Origin: an uncultured Chloroflexia bacterium
GTDB taxonomy: Bacteria > Chloroflexota > Limnocylindria > Limnocylindrales > CSP1-4
Length of the DNA stretch: 64,000 nt
Reading direction: 5' to 3'
NCBI GenBank assembly: GCA_963719285.1
Contig: CAVRBO010000004.1
Span: 324,898 to 388,897 of the forward strand
A model generated the notes under the pieces. The model had not been told where the DNA came from. It searched no databases and saw nothing but the letters and a program-made list of their open reading frames with translations. Below are positions 48,854 through 59,291 of the stretch, piece after piece. How positions within the stretch are numbered: the first letter of the stretch is position 1; the number at the start of each line of letters is the position of its first letter. A program made the position numbers and the translations under genes.

Positions 48854-50959
48854 TCAGCGGAAGTAGAACTGGATGTCGACCGGGCTGTAGGCGTACAGGT
48901 CCGCCCAGCTCGTCCCGTTGCTCGAGCTCTGGCCCGAGCCGTCGCGGAAGGCGGGGGAGAGGAGACCCACGTCGGTCCCTTCGCGGATCGGCGCGGAGGT
49001 GTACGTGGTGCCCGACGCCGTCGCCAGGCGCAGGTTGTAGGCCGTCCCGTTGGCGAGAGTGTGCGGGCTGCTGAAGGTCACCGTGACCCAGACCGACCCG
49101 CCGTTGTCGCCGCCCGGCGCGCTTGCGGCGATGGAGCTCGCCGGGACGTCGACCGCCTCGATGAGCGTGCCCGCGCCGGTCTCGAGCCGGATGGTCAGCG
49201 GGCTGGAGCCGCTCGTCCGGCGCACCCGGACCGATGCCTTGGTGACGGTGCGGTTTTCGCCGCTGACCGTGAAATGCTCACGGACCGACGCGCTGCCCGA
49301 GACCGTCCCGTACAGCTCGATGATGTTGGCGATGTAGGCCATCCCGTCATGGGTCCCATCCGCGTAGGTGAGATCCATGTCGGCGGTGTACTTGCTCTGG
49401 ACGGACCAGGTCGAGGGAGCCGCATAGAGGACCGCGTAGTCCGCGTCGGCGAAGGCCGGCTGACGGGGGGTCACGGCGCTGTAGGTGTACAGCTCGTTGA
49501 CGCTGAAGTAGTTGGCGGCCGAGTTCGCGTCGACGTTTTCGAACACGATGTTGTAGCGGATGCCCTTGGTCAGAGTGGCGGGGCTGCTGAACGTGACCAG
49601 GTCGTAGTGGGTCCACACGCCCGAGTTGCCCGGCGTGTAGCTGGCCGTCGCGAGGATCGTCCCGGAAGGCACGCCGTTCGAGTCGGTCTGGACGGTGATC
49701 CTGAGGGTGCCGCCGGTGCCGCCGGAGTAGATGGGCCCGCCGCGCTGCTGGAAGCGGATGCTCTTGAGGGCCGAGGTCGTCGTGGCCACGAACCGGTGGG
49801 CGACCTTCGCGTGATCGGTCCAACCGACCTGCAGGTTGGCCTTGGTATCGAAGTTGAACGCGGCTCCGTACGTCCCGGTCTGGCCGGGAGCCGGGGTCGC
49901 GGTCGGGGCGACGGTCGGAGTCGCCGTCGGGGCGACGGTCGGAGTCGCGGTCGGGGCGACGGTCGGAGTCGCCGTCGGGGCGACGGTCGGTGTCGCCGTC
50001 GGGGCGACGGTCGGTGTCGCCGTCGGCGTCGCGGTCGGGGCGCTCGTCGGTGTCGCCGTCGGGGTCGCGGTCGGAGCGACGGTCGGAGCGACCGTCGGGG
50101 TCGGGCTCGCCGCTCCGCCGATCGTCTTGAACGTGTCGTCGGACGAGACCGACAGGCGGCCGGCGGCATCCTGCGATCGGACCCGGAAGTGATAGACGGT
50201 CCCGGCGAGGAGGCCGCTCACCTGCTGGACGTGAGCGGAGTAGCGGAAGGATGTCTCGGCGGTCGTCAGGCGACCGTAGGCGGTCGTGGTGCCGAATTCG
50301 ACCTGGCCGGTGGCCGGCTCATCCAGGCTCCAGGACACGATCGCGCCGCTCGAACCGATGCTCGTCGCCGTCACGGCGCTGATGCGCGGTCCCGTCGCCG
50401 TCGTCGGGGCCGGGGTCGGGGTCGGCGTGGCGGTCCCGTTGGCGACCACGAACGTCGCGCTCGTGGTGGCGCGGCCGGCGGCAGTGACCGCGGTGACCGA
50501 GATCGTGTGCGAACCATTCGCCACCGTGGAGGTGTTCCAGGCGTTCGCGGTCTCGTTGTCGGCGGTCCCACGGAGGTCCCATGGAGCCGCCGCTTCGACG
50601 CGCATCGGCGTCGTGGTCATCGCGACGTCATCGAGCCAGAAGGTGACGCTGCTGGCGACGGTCTTGGTGGCCAGGAAGACGTAGCGATTGCCGGCGAGCG
50701 TGGCACCGTTGAGGGCGAACGGCTTGCTGCGGGTCCGGGCGGCAGAGGCGTCCAGCATGAAGCCGGTATTGGGCGTGGCGGCCGTGGACGAACGGTGGGC
50801 GGCTGCGACGGGCAGCTGGGGGAGGGCGACGGCGGCGGCGACGGCGAGGGTCACCACGGCCAGGAAGGGCACGCGGGCGAGGCGATGGAGACGCCGGGCG
50901 GGGACATGAGCGGGAGTGGTCGTTTCAGTGACCCAGGAGGTCCCATTCCAGGACGACAT
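48854..50959 (-). CDS. paralog D of the secreted-protein array (N-term MSSWNGTSWVTE tail, RR signal anchor, beta-sandwich module, Fn3-like module, long PT linker, conserved C-terminal domain)
   Basis: ...SWSLDEPATGQVEFGTTTAYGR...SGLLAGTVYHFRVRSQDAAG..., (ATPTVAPT)n linker, then GTYGAAFNFDTKANLQVGWTD...VDIQFYFR. RBS GGAG 10 nt upstream. Confidence 0.75.
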   Translation of the reverse strand: MSSWNGTSWVTETTTPAHVPARRLHRLARVPFLAVVTLAVAAAVALPQLPVAAAHRSSTAATPNTGFMLDASAARTRSKPFALNGATLAGNRYVFLATKTVASSVTFWLDDVAMTTTPMRVEAAAPWDLRGTADNETANAWNTSTVANGSHTISVTAVTAAGRATTSATFVVANGTATPTPTPAPTTATGPRISAVTATSIGSSGAIVSWSLDEPATGQVEFGTTTAYGRLTTAETSFRYSAHVQQVSGLLAGTVYHFRVRSQDAAGRLSVSSDDTFKTIGGAASPTPTVAPTVAPTATPTATPTSAPTATPTATPTVAPTATPTVAPTATPTVAPTATPTVAPTATPTVAPTATPAPGQTGTYGAAFNFDTKANLQVGWTDHAKVAHRFVATTTSALKSIRFQQRGGPIYSGGTGGTLRITVQTDSNGVPSGTILATASYTPGNSGVWTHYDLVTFSSPATLTKGIRYNIVFENVDANSAANYFSVNELYTYSAVTPRQPAFADADYAVLYAAPSTWSVQSKYTADMDLTYADGTHDGMAYIANIIELYGTVSGSASVREHFTVSGENRTVTKASVRVRRTSGSSPLTIRLETGAGTLIEAVDVPASSIAASAPGGDNGGSVWVTVTFSSPHTLANGTAYNLRLATASGTTYTSAPIREGTDVGLLSPAFRDGSGQSSSNGTSWADLYAYSPVDIQFYFR
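49893..50112. repeat. 24-bp tandem repeat (~9 copies, cgtcggggcgacggtcgg(a/t)gtcgc) encoding (TPTVAPTA)n in paralog D
   Basis: Near-perfect tandem copies seen in sequence. They are in-frame and length-variable in principle. Confidence 0.65.
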
Positions 50960-50967
50960 GCGATCTT

Positions 50968-51052
50968 GGCTCCATTCGATGACCCGGCTGACTCAGTGAG
51001 TCCCGTGGCTTTGCGGCCCCGTCTCGCGGCGGGTGTGCCATTTCGTGGTCCC
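50968..51052 (-). ncRNA. second candidate c-di-GMP-I (GEMM) riboswitch, in the 5' leader of paralog D
   Basis: Minus-strand RNA: CACGAAAUGGCACACCCGCC-GCGA-GACGGGGCCGCAAAGCCACGGGACUCACUGAGUCAGCCGGGUCAUCGAAUGG, followed by AGCCAAGAUCGC-AUG. The aptamer core is ~90% identical to the paralog C copy. Differences are concentrated in the 3' segment adjoining the RBS. Confidence 0.45.
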
Positions 51053-51769
51053 GAGATCGGCGCGTCGCCGGTGCCAGGCTCGACGCTCGCGGGGGACGAT
51101 CTGACCGCCGCCCGCCGTTTCGGCGGACCGGTGGCGACCGGACCCGTGTCCGTGAGTCATCGCTACCTGAACCATGGCTCGCGGCGGCGCGGCAGGGCAT
51201 CGAACGGAGGTCGCCGCGCGGGCGGCCCGTGGTCCACGAAGCGCCTAAGCCAAACAGACGACACGCGTCGTCAGCCGTGGTCGGCGGAGGTGGTGGCGGA
51301 GTATTCGGCGACTGGTCCGGCCGGTGCCGAGACGACCGTCTTCCGGAACCCGGACCGGCGGGACGCATCGGCGGTGTCGCCCGGGGCGGCCCGTCCGCGG
51401 TCAACCTAGCAACGCCGACTTACCATCCGCTTACCTGAGCCGATGACGCTTCCGGCGCCCGATCCGCCGATGGGGTCCACCATGGAGCGGTCGTTCCACC
51501 AAGCGGGAAGCATCGCCACGGTCGACATCCGATCGCCACCGAGCGACGGATCCAGCCATACCCGCTCGGTGCAAGCGCGCACCGTCGAGCGCTCCTGGGA
51601 CTAGCCACGGTGGTACTTCCGGGCTATCGTTGGAACCCCCGGTGAGGTTGGTTCAGCGGGGGCATTCATCAGGGCCATGGCGCCGTACCAGAAACGCCGC
51701 GGCTCACACAACGAACGGCGTCTTTCTCTTTTCATCCTGCGCGCCGTCCGTGCTCAATCGGGGGAAACC

Positions 51770-53905
<2,136 letters not shown>

Positions 53906-53943
53906 CGATCGGGCCCACGTCGACCGGCGAGAGGCCGGCCGGA

Positions 53944-54714
53944 CTAGCTCGCGCGGTTCGCGCCCGCCATCGCTCCCGCCTCGCTGGCGAGGCTGCCCCC
54001 GGGCACCAGCGCATGGACCTCGACCTCGTCGAGGCCGCGTGCGCCGAGTTCGGTCCGCAGCTGGTCCGGCGTGCCGGCCAGGATCGGGAATGTCCCGTAG
54101 TGGATCGGCAGGACGTGCCTGACGCCGAGGAGCTCGACCGCCAGGGCAGCCTCGCGGGGCCCCATCGTGAAGTGGCCGCCGATCGGCAGGAGCGCGATGT
54201 GCGGCTGGTACAGCTCGCCGATCAGGCGCATGTCCCCGAAGACGGCCGTATCGCCGGCGTGGTAGATCCGGAAGCCGTTCTCCATCGTCAGGACGAACCC
54301 GGCTGGCTCCCCGAGGTAGAGGGGCACGCCGCCGTCCGGGTTCCAGTCACCGGCCGAGTGGTCGGCGCCCGTCATCGTCACGCCGATCCCGGCCGCCTCG
54401 ATCGTGCCGCCCTTGTTCATCCCGGTGACCGCGTCCGCGCCGCCGGGCAGTCGGCGGGCCAGCCACAGGCTCATCTCGTGGATGCACGGCCAGGCCGGCC
54501 GGAGCCGGCTCGCGAGCGCGACGCCCTCGCCCATGTGATCGCCGTGGCCGTGGGTCACGAGCAACAGGTCGCACTTCGCGATCGAGTCCGCCGAGCGCGT
54601 GCTCAGCGGGTTGCCGAACCACGGGTCGATGAGGATCGTCCGGCCACCGGGTGAGGTCACCTCAACGCAGGCGTGCCCGTACCACGTGATCGTCGTGTTG
54701 TTCGCCACTGCCAT
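53944..54714 (-). CDS. metal-dependent hydrolase, MBL fold (UPF0173 family)
   Basis: ...ITWYGHACVEV...LLVTHGHGDHMG...GDTAVFGDM... are MBL-fold motifs. Start taken at MAVANNTT. Confidence 0.7.
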   Translation of the reverse strand: MAVANNTTITWYGHACVEVTSPGGRTILIDPWFGNPLSTRSADSIAKCDLLLVTHGHGDHMGEGVALASRLRPAWPCIHEMSLWLARRLPGGADAVTGMNKGGTIEAAGIGVTMTGADHSAGDWNPDGGVPLYLGEPAGFVLTMENGFRIYHAGDTAVFGDMRLIGELYQPHIALLPIGGHFTMGPREAALAVELLGVRHVLPIHYGTFPILAGTPDQLRTELGARGLDEVEVHALVPGGSLASEAGAMAGANRAS

Positions 54715-54841
54715 GGGTCCACCTCCGGGGCGCATCGTAGTCCCGCGGCCCGCCGTTCGCGCTCCGACCGCCGCGCTCCGTTCGCCACGCTCGGACCCGG
54801 CGAGGGGCGGGCGGTGGACCGACCGCGCCTACAATCGACGG

Positions 54842-55672
54842 GTGCCCGCCGAGCGTATCGCCGAGAACCTCGCCTTCATCAACTGGACCGTCCTGACGGG
54901 CCTGGCGGTCGGCGCGTTCGCGGCCGTCGTCCTGGGCCGGCTGGCCACGACGGCGACGCGCGGCTACCTCGCGTTCACGGCCTTCTGCGCGGCGGGCCTG
55001 GGTGGGCTGGCGTACCTGAGCGACACGGGCCTGCCCGCCGCGATCGCCGGCGCCGCCGTCCGCGCCGATGCCGATTGGGACCTCCCAAGACGGATCGCGC
55101 TCGTCGCGTTCGTCGTCGTCGCGGCCGCGTACACCATCGCGCTGGCGCGCGGGCGACGCGCACCGGCACTCGCGATCCTGGGTCTCGTCGCCGGCGGAGC
55201 CACGCTCCTGACCGGGGCGATCGGGTGGGCCGGCGGGCCGGCCGGGGCCCTGTTCCTCGTCGTCCAGCTGGGTCTGCTCGCGGCGGCGACCGGCGGCGTC
55301 TTCGCCGCGATGATCCTGGGACACTGGTACCTCGTCACGCCCAAACTGCCCGAAGCCCCGCTCGTCCTGTTCAGCCGTGCCCTCTTCACGGTCGTGGCGA
55401 TCCAGCTCGTCCTGTTCGTGGCCTGGGTCGCGGCGGGCACCGGCGGCGGCGGGCCGTTCGGGGCGCTCGGCGGACCGTGGGCGCTGTTCGTCTGGCTGCG
55501 GCTGCTCGTGGGCCTGGGCTTCCCGCTCATCGTCTCGTGGGCGGCCATCCAGACGGCGCGCAGCCGGTCGATGGAGTCCGCGACCGGCCTCCTGTACATC
55601 AACGTCGGGTCGATCGCCGCCGGGACGATCCTCGCCGCCGGGCTCTACTTCGGCGCCGGCATGCTCGTCTAG
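54842..55672 (+). CDS. polytopic integral membrane protein of unknown function
   Basis: Seven or more hydrophobic helices with no recognisable motifs. GTG start is uncertain. Confidence 0.45.
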   Translation: MPAERIAENLAFINWTVLTGLAVGAFAAVVLGRLATTATRGYLAFTAFCAAGLGGLAYLSDTGLPAAIAGAAVRADADWDLPRRIALVAFVVVAAAYTIALARGRRAPALAILGLVAGGATLLTGAIGWAGGPAGALFLVVQLGLLAAATGGVFAAMILGHWYLVTPKLPEAPLVLFSRALFTVVAIQLVLFVAWVAAGTGGGGPFGALGGPWALFVWLRLLVGLGFPLIVSWAAIQTARSRSMESATGLLYINVGSIAAGTILAAGLYFGAGMLV

Positions 55673-55691
55673 AGGTGATGCGATGGTGAAG

Positions 55692-56351
55692 AGCGACCGG
55701 TCCTACGAGATCGGCCCCCAAGACCGGGCCTGGATCGAGTCCCTGGCCGAGCCCATCGCGCCGGCCCTCGCCGCGATCGAGGCCGCCGCGGAACCCGAGC
55801 GGATCCCGATCCTCGACCGCGAATCCGGGCGGGTGCTGGCCGTCCTGGCCGCGGGGCGGCGGCGGATCTGCGAGGTCGGGACGGCGATCGGCTACTCGAC
55901 CCTCTGGATGGCCCTGGCCCAGGGGGCCGGCTCGACCATCGTGACGATCGACCCGGACCGCTCGCGGACCGACCTTGCGCGCGGCTTCTGGCGCCAGGCG
56001 GGCGTCGCCATCGGCCGGATCGAGGTCGTCAACCGGCCGGCCCTCGAGGCGTTCGCGGCCAACGACCCGGCCCTCGCCGGTCCGTTCGACCTCGTGTTCA
56101 TCGACGCACTCAAGCACGAGTACCGGGCCTACCTGGAGGCCCTCGTCCCGCGGCTCGTCCAGGGCGCCCTGGTCGTGGCCGACAACGTGCTGTGGAGTGG
56201 ACGCGTGTCGGGCGGGGTGCCCGTCGCCGCGGACGACGAGTCGACCACCGCCCTCCGCGCCTTCGACGCGGCGATGCTCCGCGATGACCGGTTCGGGGCG
56301 ACGATCCTGCCCGTCGGCGACGGCCTCCTCGTCGCCCACTACCGCGGCTGA
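55692..56351 (+). CDS. class I SAM-dependent O-methyltransferase (caffeoyl-CoA OMT-like)
   Basis: ...ICEVGTAIGYSTLWMA...FDLVFIDALKHEY...VVADNVLWSG. RBS GAGGTG upstream. Confidence 0.75.
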   Translation, partial: SDRSYEIGPQDRAWIESLAEPIAPALAAIEAAAEPERIPILDRESGRVLAVLAAGRRRICEVGTAIGYSTLWMALAQGAGSTIVTIDPDRSRTDLARGFWRQAGVAIGRIEVVNRPALEAFAANDPALAGPFDLVFIDALKHEYRAYLEALVPRLVQGALVVADNVLWSGRVSGGVPVAADDESTTALRAFDAAMLRDDRFGATILPVGDGLLVAHYRG

Positions 56352-56361
56352 GGCGGCGATC

Positions 56362-57180
56362 GTGCGCATCCGGATCCGCCTGTTCGCGCTCCAGCGCGAG
56401 CTGGTGGGAGCCCGCGAGGTCGCGCTCGACCTGCCCGAGGGTGCGACCGTGGAGGCGGGCTGGCAGGCGATCGTCGATCGCCATCCGGTCCTGGCTCCGG
56501 GACGGCCGTCGATGCGCTTCGCGCGCAATGGGTCGTACGCGGAGGTGACCGATACGCTCGCCGACGGGGACGAACTCGCGTTCATCCCGCCCGTGAGCGG
56601 CGGGCAGGGCGACGAGACCCGGGCCGACGGTCCGGGGTCGAGCCGGATCCTCGAGCTGCGGGCCGAGCCATTCGGGACGGCGATCGTGGACGAGCTGACC
56701 GAACGCCTCGCCACGCCGGCCGACGGGGCGGTCGTGGCGTTCCTCGGCCGCACCCGGATCACGCCGGGGACACCGGCGCCCGACCAGGTCCGGGAGGCCG
56801 CCCGGCACGCCGGGCGCGACGTCGAGACGCTCGAGTACGAGGCCCACGAGTCCATGGCGATCCGGATCCTGAGTGAGATCGCCGACGAGATCGCCGCCCG
56901 CTTCGGCGTGGAGCGGCTGGCCATCGTCCATCGGACCGGCGACGTCCCGCTCGGCCAGCCGAGCATCGCGGTCGTGGCCGTCTCGCCGCACCGCGGGGCC
57001 GCGTTCGATGCGGCCCGCTACGCGATCGACGAGACGAAGGCCCGGGCACCCATCTGGAAAGCCGAGCATTTCGCCGACGGCCACGTGTGGACGGGCGCCC
57101 CCGCCCGGACTCGTGCGCCGGACATGACCGGCACCCACGCGCCGGACAACCCCGACACCCGCCACGAGGAGCACGTGTGA
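56362..57180 (+). CDS. molybdopterin synthase MoaD-MoaE fusion (sulfur-carrier + catalytic subunit)
   Basis: N-terminal MoaD ([12 protein letters not shown]...[13 protein letters not shown]) fused to MoaE (...[10 protein letters not shown]...LEYEAH...[39 protein letters not shown]). Confidence 0.7.
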   Translation: [272 protein letters not shown]

Positions 57181-58004
57181 AGGTCTACCTCAGCGTCGAC
57201 ATGGAGGGGATCGGCGGGATCAGCCATGCCGATCCCACGTCCAGGGGCGATCTCGGATACCCGGCGGCGGTCGAGCTGATGGTCGGCGAGGCGAATGCCG
57301 CGATCGAGGGTGCGTACGCCGGCGGCGCGACCGAGGTGGTCGTCAACGACAGCCACGGATCGATGTTCAACCTGACCCCGATCGACCTGGATCGCCGCGC
57401 CGTCGTCATCCAGGGCCAGAAGCCGTGGTCGATGGTCGAGGGCGCGGGACCCGGCCGGGGCTTCGGCGTCGCTCTGTTCGTCGGCTACCACACCCGGGCC
57501 GGCCATCCCACCGGCACGATCGCCCACACGTACTCGAGCGCCCCGGTGGCCACGCGACTCAACGGTCGGCTGGTCGGTGAGAGCGGCATCAATGCGTCCG
57601 TCCTCGGAGCGTGGGGCGTGCCCGTCGGCCTGGTGACGGGCGACGAGATGCTGGCCGAGGAGATCGCCGAGTGGTTGCCATGGGCTGAACGCGTCGTCGT
57701 CAAGGGCGTCGTCAGTCGCAAGGCCGCCGCGTCGGTGCATCCGTTCGTGGCCCGCGACCTGGTGCGGGCCGGCGCGGATCGGGCGGTCCGCCAGGCGGTC
57801 GCGGGTGCGCTGAGGCCGCTGGACGTCGGCACGCCCGTCACGATCGAGGCGGAGTACCGGAACGCCGGGGAGGCCGACCACGCCGCGATCGTCCCGGGCG
57901 CGGAGCGATACGGCGACACCGGGGTCCGCTTCAGCGCACCGGACGCCCCGACCGCCTTCCGGGGCTTCCTCGCCGGATTGCGTTTGGCCGGCCTCGTCGG
58001 CTGA
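57177..58004 (+). CDS. dppA: D-aminopeptidase DppA (peptidase M55)
   Basis: VKVYLSVDMEGIGGISH..., VVVNDSHGSM. GTG overlaps the moaDE stop. Confidence 0.75.
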   Translation: MKVYLSVDMEGIGGISHADPTSRGDLGYPAAVELMVGEANAAIEGAYAGGATEVVVNDSHGSMFNLTPIDLDRRAVVIQGQKPWSMVEGAGPGRGFGVALFVGYHTRAGHPTGTIAHTYSSAPVATRLNGRLVGESGINASVLGAWGVPVGLVTGDEMLAEEIAEWLPWAERVVVKGVVSRKAAASVHPFVARDLVRAGADRAVRQAVAGALRPLDVGTPVTIEAEYRNAGEADHAAIVPGAERYGDTGVRFSAPDAPTAFRGFLAGLRLAGLVG

Positions 58005-58079
58005 CGAGCGGCGTGCGGTGCCGGCCGAGGGCATACTTGGCGGACGGCCCCAGCGCCGCGCCCAATCGAGTCGCCGGAG

Positions 58080-59291
58080 ATGCCCGTGACATCCGTCCCT
58101 GTCGCCGGCCCACCGCCCCAGCGGGCGCGCGTCCGCGACCTCGGGTTACGGGTGGGGTTGCTCACGCCGGGGCCCACGAACACGATCGTCGACGTGCCGG
58201 GCGTCGCCGTCGGGCATCGGACGGTCTGGCGGGACGAACCCGCCCCGCCCGATGGGCGGGGCATCGCCCGGACCGGCGTCACCGCGATCCTGCCGCTTCC
58301 GCTCGCCGAGCACGCCCGGGTGCGGATCCCGGCCGGGACCTCGATCCTGAACGGGGCTGGCGACATGACCGGGCGGATCGCGATCGACGAGTGGGGCATG
58401 CTCGACACGCCGATCTTCCTGACGAGCTCGATGGCCATCGGTCAGGTCTACGACGGCGCGGTCACCGCCCTCGCCGGCCCGTTCGAGGCAGGGTTCCAGG
58501 GCGAGCCGATCATGCCGGTCGTGACCGAGTGCGATGACAGCGACCTGAACCGCCCGTTGCCGGTCCAGGTGGACGCGGCGGACGTGCGCGCCGCGATCGA
58601 CGACGCGCGGGGCTCCTGGGCCGGGCCGATCCGCCTCGGCGTCGTCGGGGCGGGGGCCGGCATGAGCGCGTTCGAGTTCAAGGGCGGCATCGGCAGTGCG
58701 TCGCGCCATGTGCGGCCGATCCACCGCTGGGCGGACGCGCCGGCGCCGGGGGCGCCGACGTTCACGGTCGGCGTCCTGGTCATGGCCAACTTCGGGGCCA
58801 TCGGCCGGCTGACGGTCGACGGGATCCGGGTCGGCGAAGTCCTCGAGGGTGAGGGCTGGCCGGGGCGGGGCGGCGGACAGGCCCGCACCGGGGCTCGCGG
58901 CGCGGAAGGCAGCTGCATCGTCGTCGTCGCGACGGACGCGCCGCTGTTCGCCCTGCCGCTCCAGCGCCTGGCCCGGCGGGCCGGGCTCGGGCTCGCCCGG
59001 ACCGGGAGCGTCGGCCACCACGGCTCGGGCGAGATCTTCGTGGCGTTCTCGACCGGCATCCGGATCCCTCGCGGGCGCAACGAGCCGGTCCGGACGACGG
59101 AACACGTCGATGACGAGCACCTGGACCCGTTCTTCGCCGCCGTCGTCGAGGCGACCGAGGAGGCGGCACTCGATGCGATGGCCACGGCCGACACCGTCAC
59201 GGGGCGCGACGGGCACGTCACGCCGGGCCTGCCGATCGAGCGGACGCTCGAGCTGCTGCTGGCCGCCGGCCGGATCGGGGCGACTTCGTGA
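58080..59291 (+). CDS. DmpA/OAT (peptidase S58) family L-aminopeptidase/D-esterase
   Basis: ...GVTAILP..., GSGEIFVAFSTG and the self-processing Gly-Ser region. Confidence 0.7.
   Translation: MPVTSVPVAGPPPQRARVRDLGLRVGLLTPGPTNTIVDVPGVAVGHRTVWRDEPAPPDGRGIARTGVTAILPLPLAEHARVRIPAGTSILNGAGDMTGRIAIDEWGMLDTPIFLTSSMAIGQVYDGAVTALAGPFEAGFQGEPIMPVVTECDDSDLNRPLPVQVDAADVRAAIDDARGSWAGPIRLGVVGAGAGMSAFEFKGGIGSASRHVRPIHRWADAPAPGAPTFTVGVLVMANFGAIGRLTVDGIRVGEVLEGEGWPGRGGGQARTGARGAEGSCIVVVATDAPLFALPLQRLARRAGLGLARTGSVGHHGSGEIFVAFSTGIRIPRGRNEPVRTTEHVDDEHLDPFFAAVVEATEEAALDAMATADTVTGRDGHVTPGLPIERTLELLLAAGRIGATS

Noticed and set aside
49893-50112. Regular 24-bp repeats considered as a CRISPR array
   Set aside because: Repeats are contiguous with no spacers and lie in-frame inside a coding sequence encoding a PT linker.
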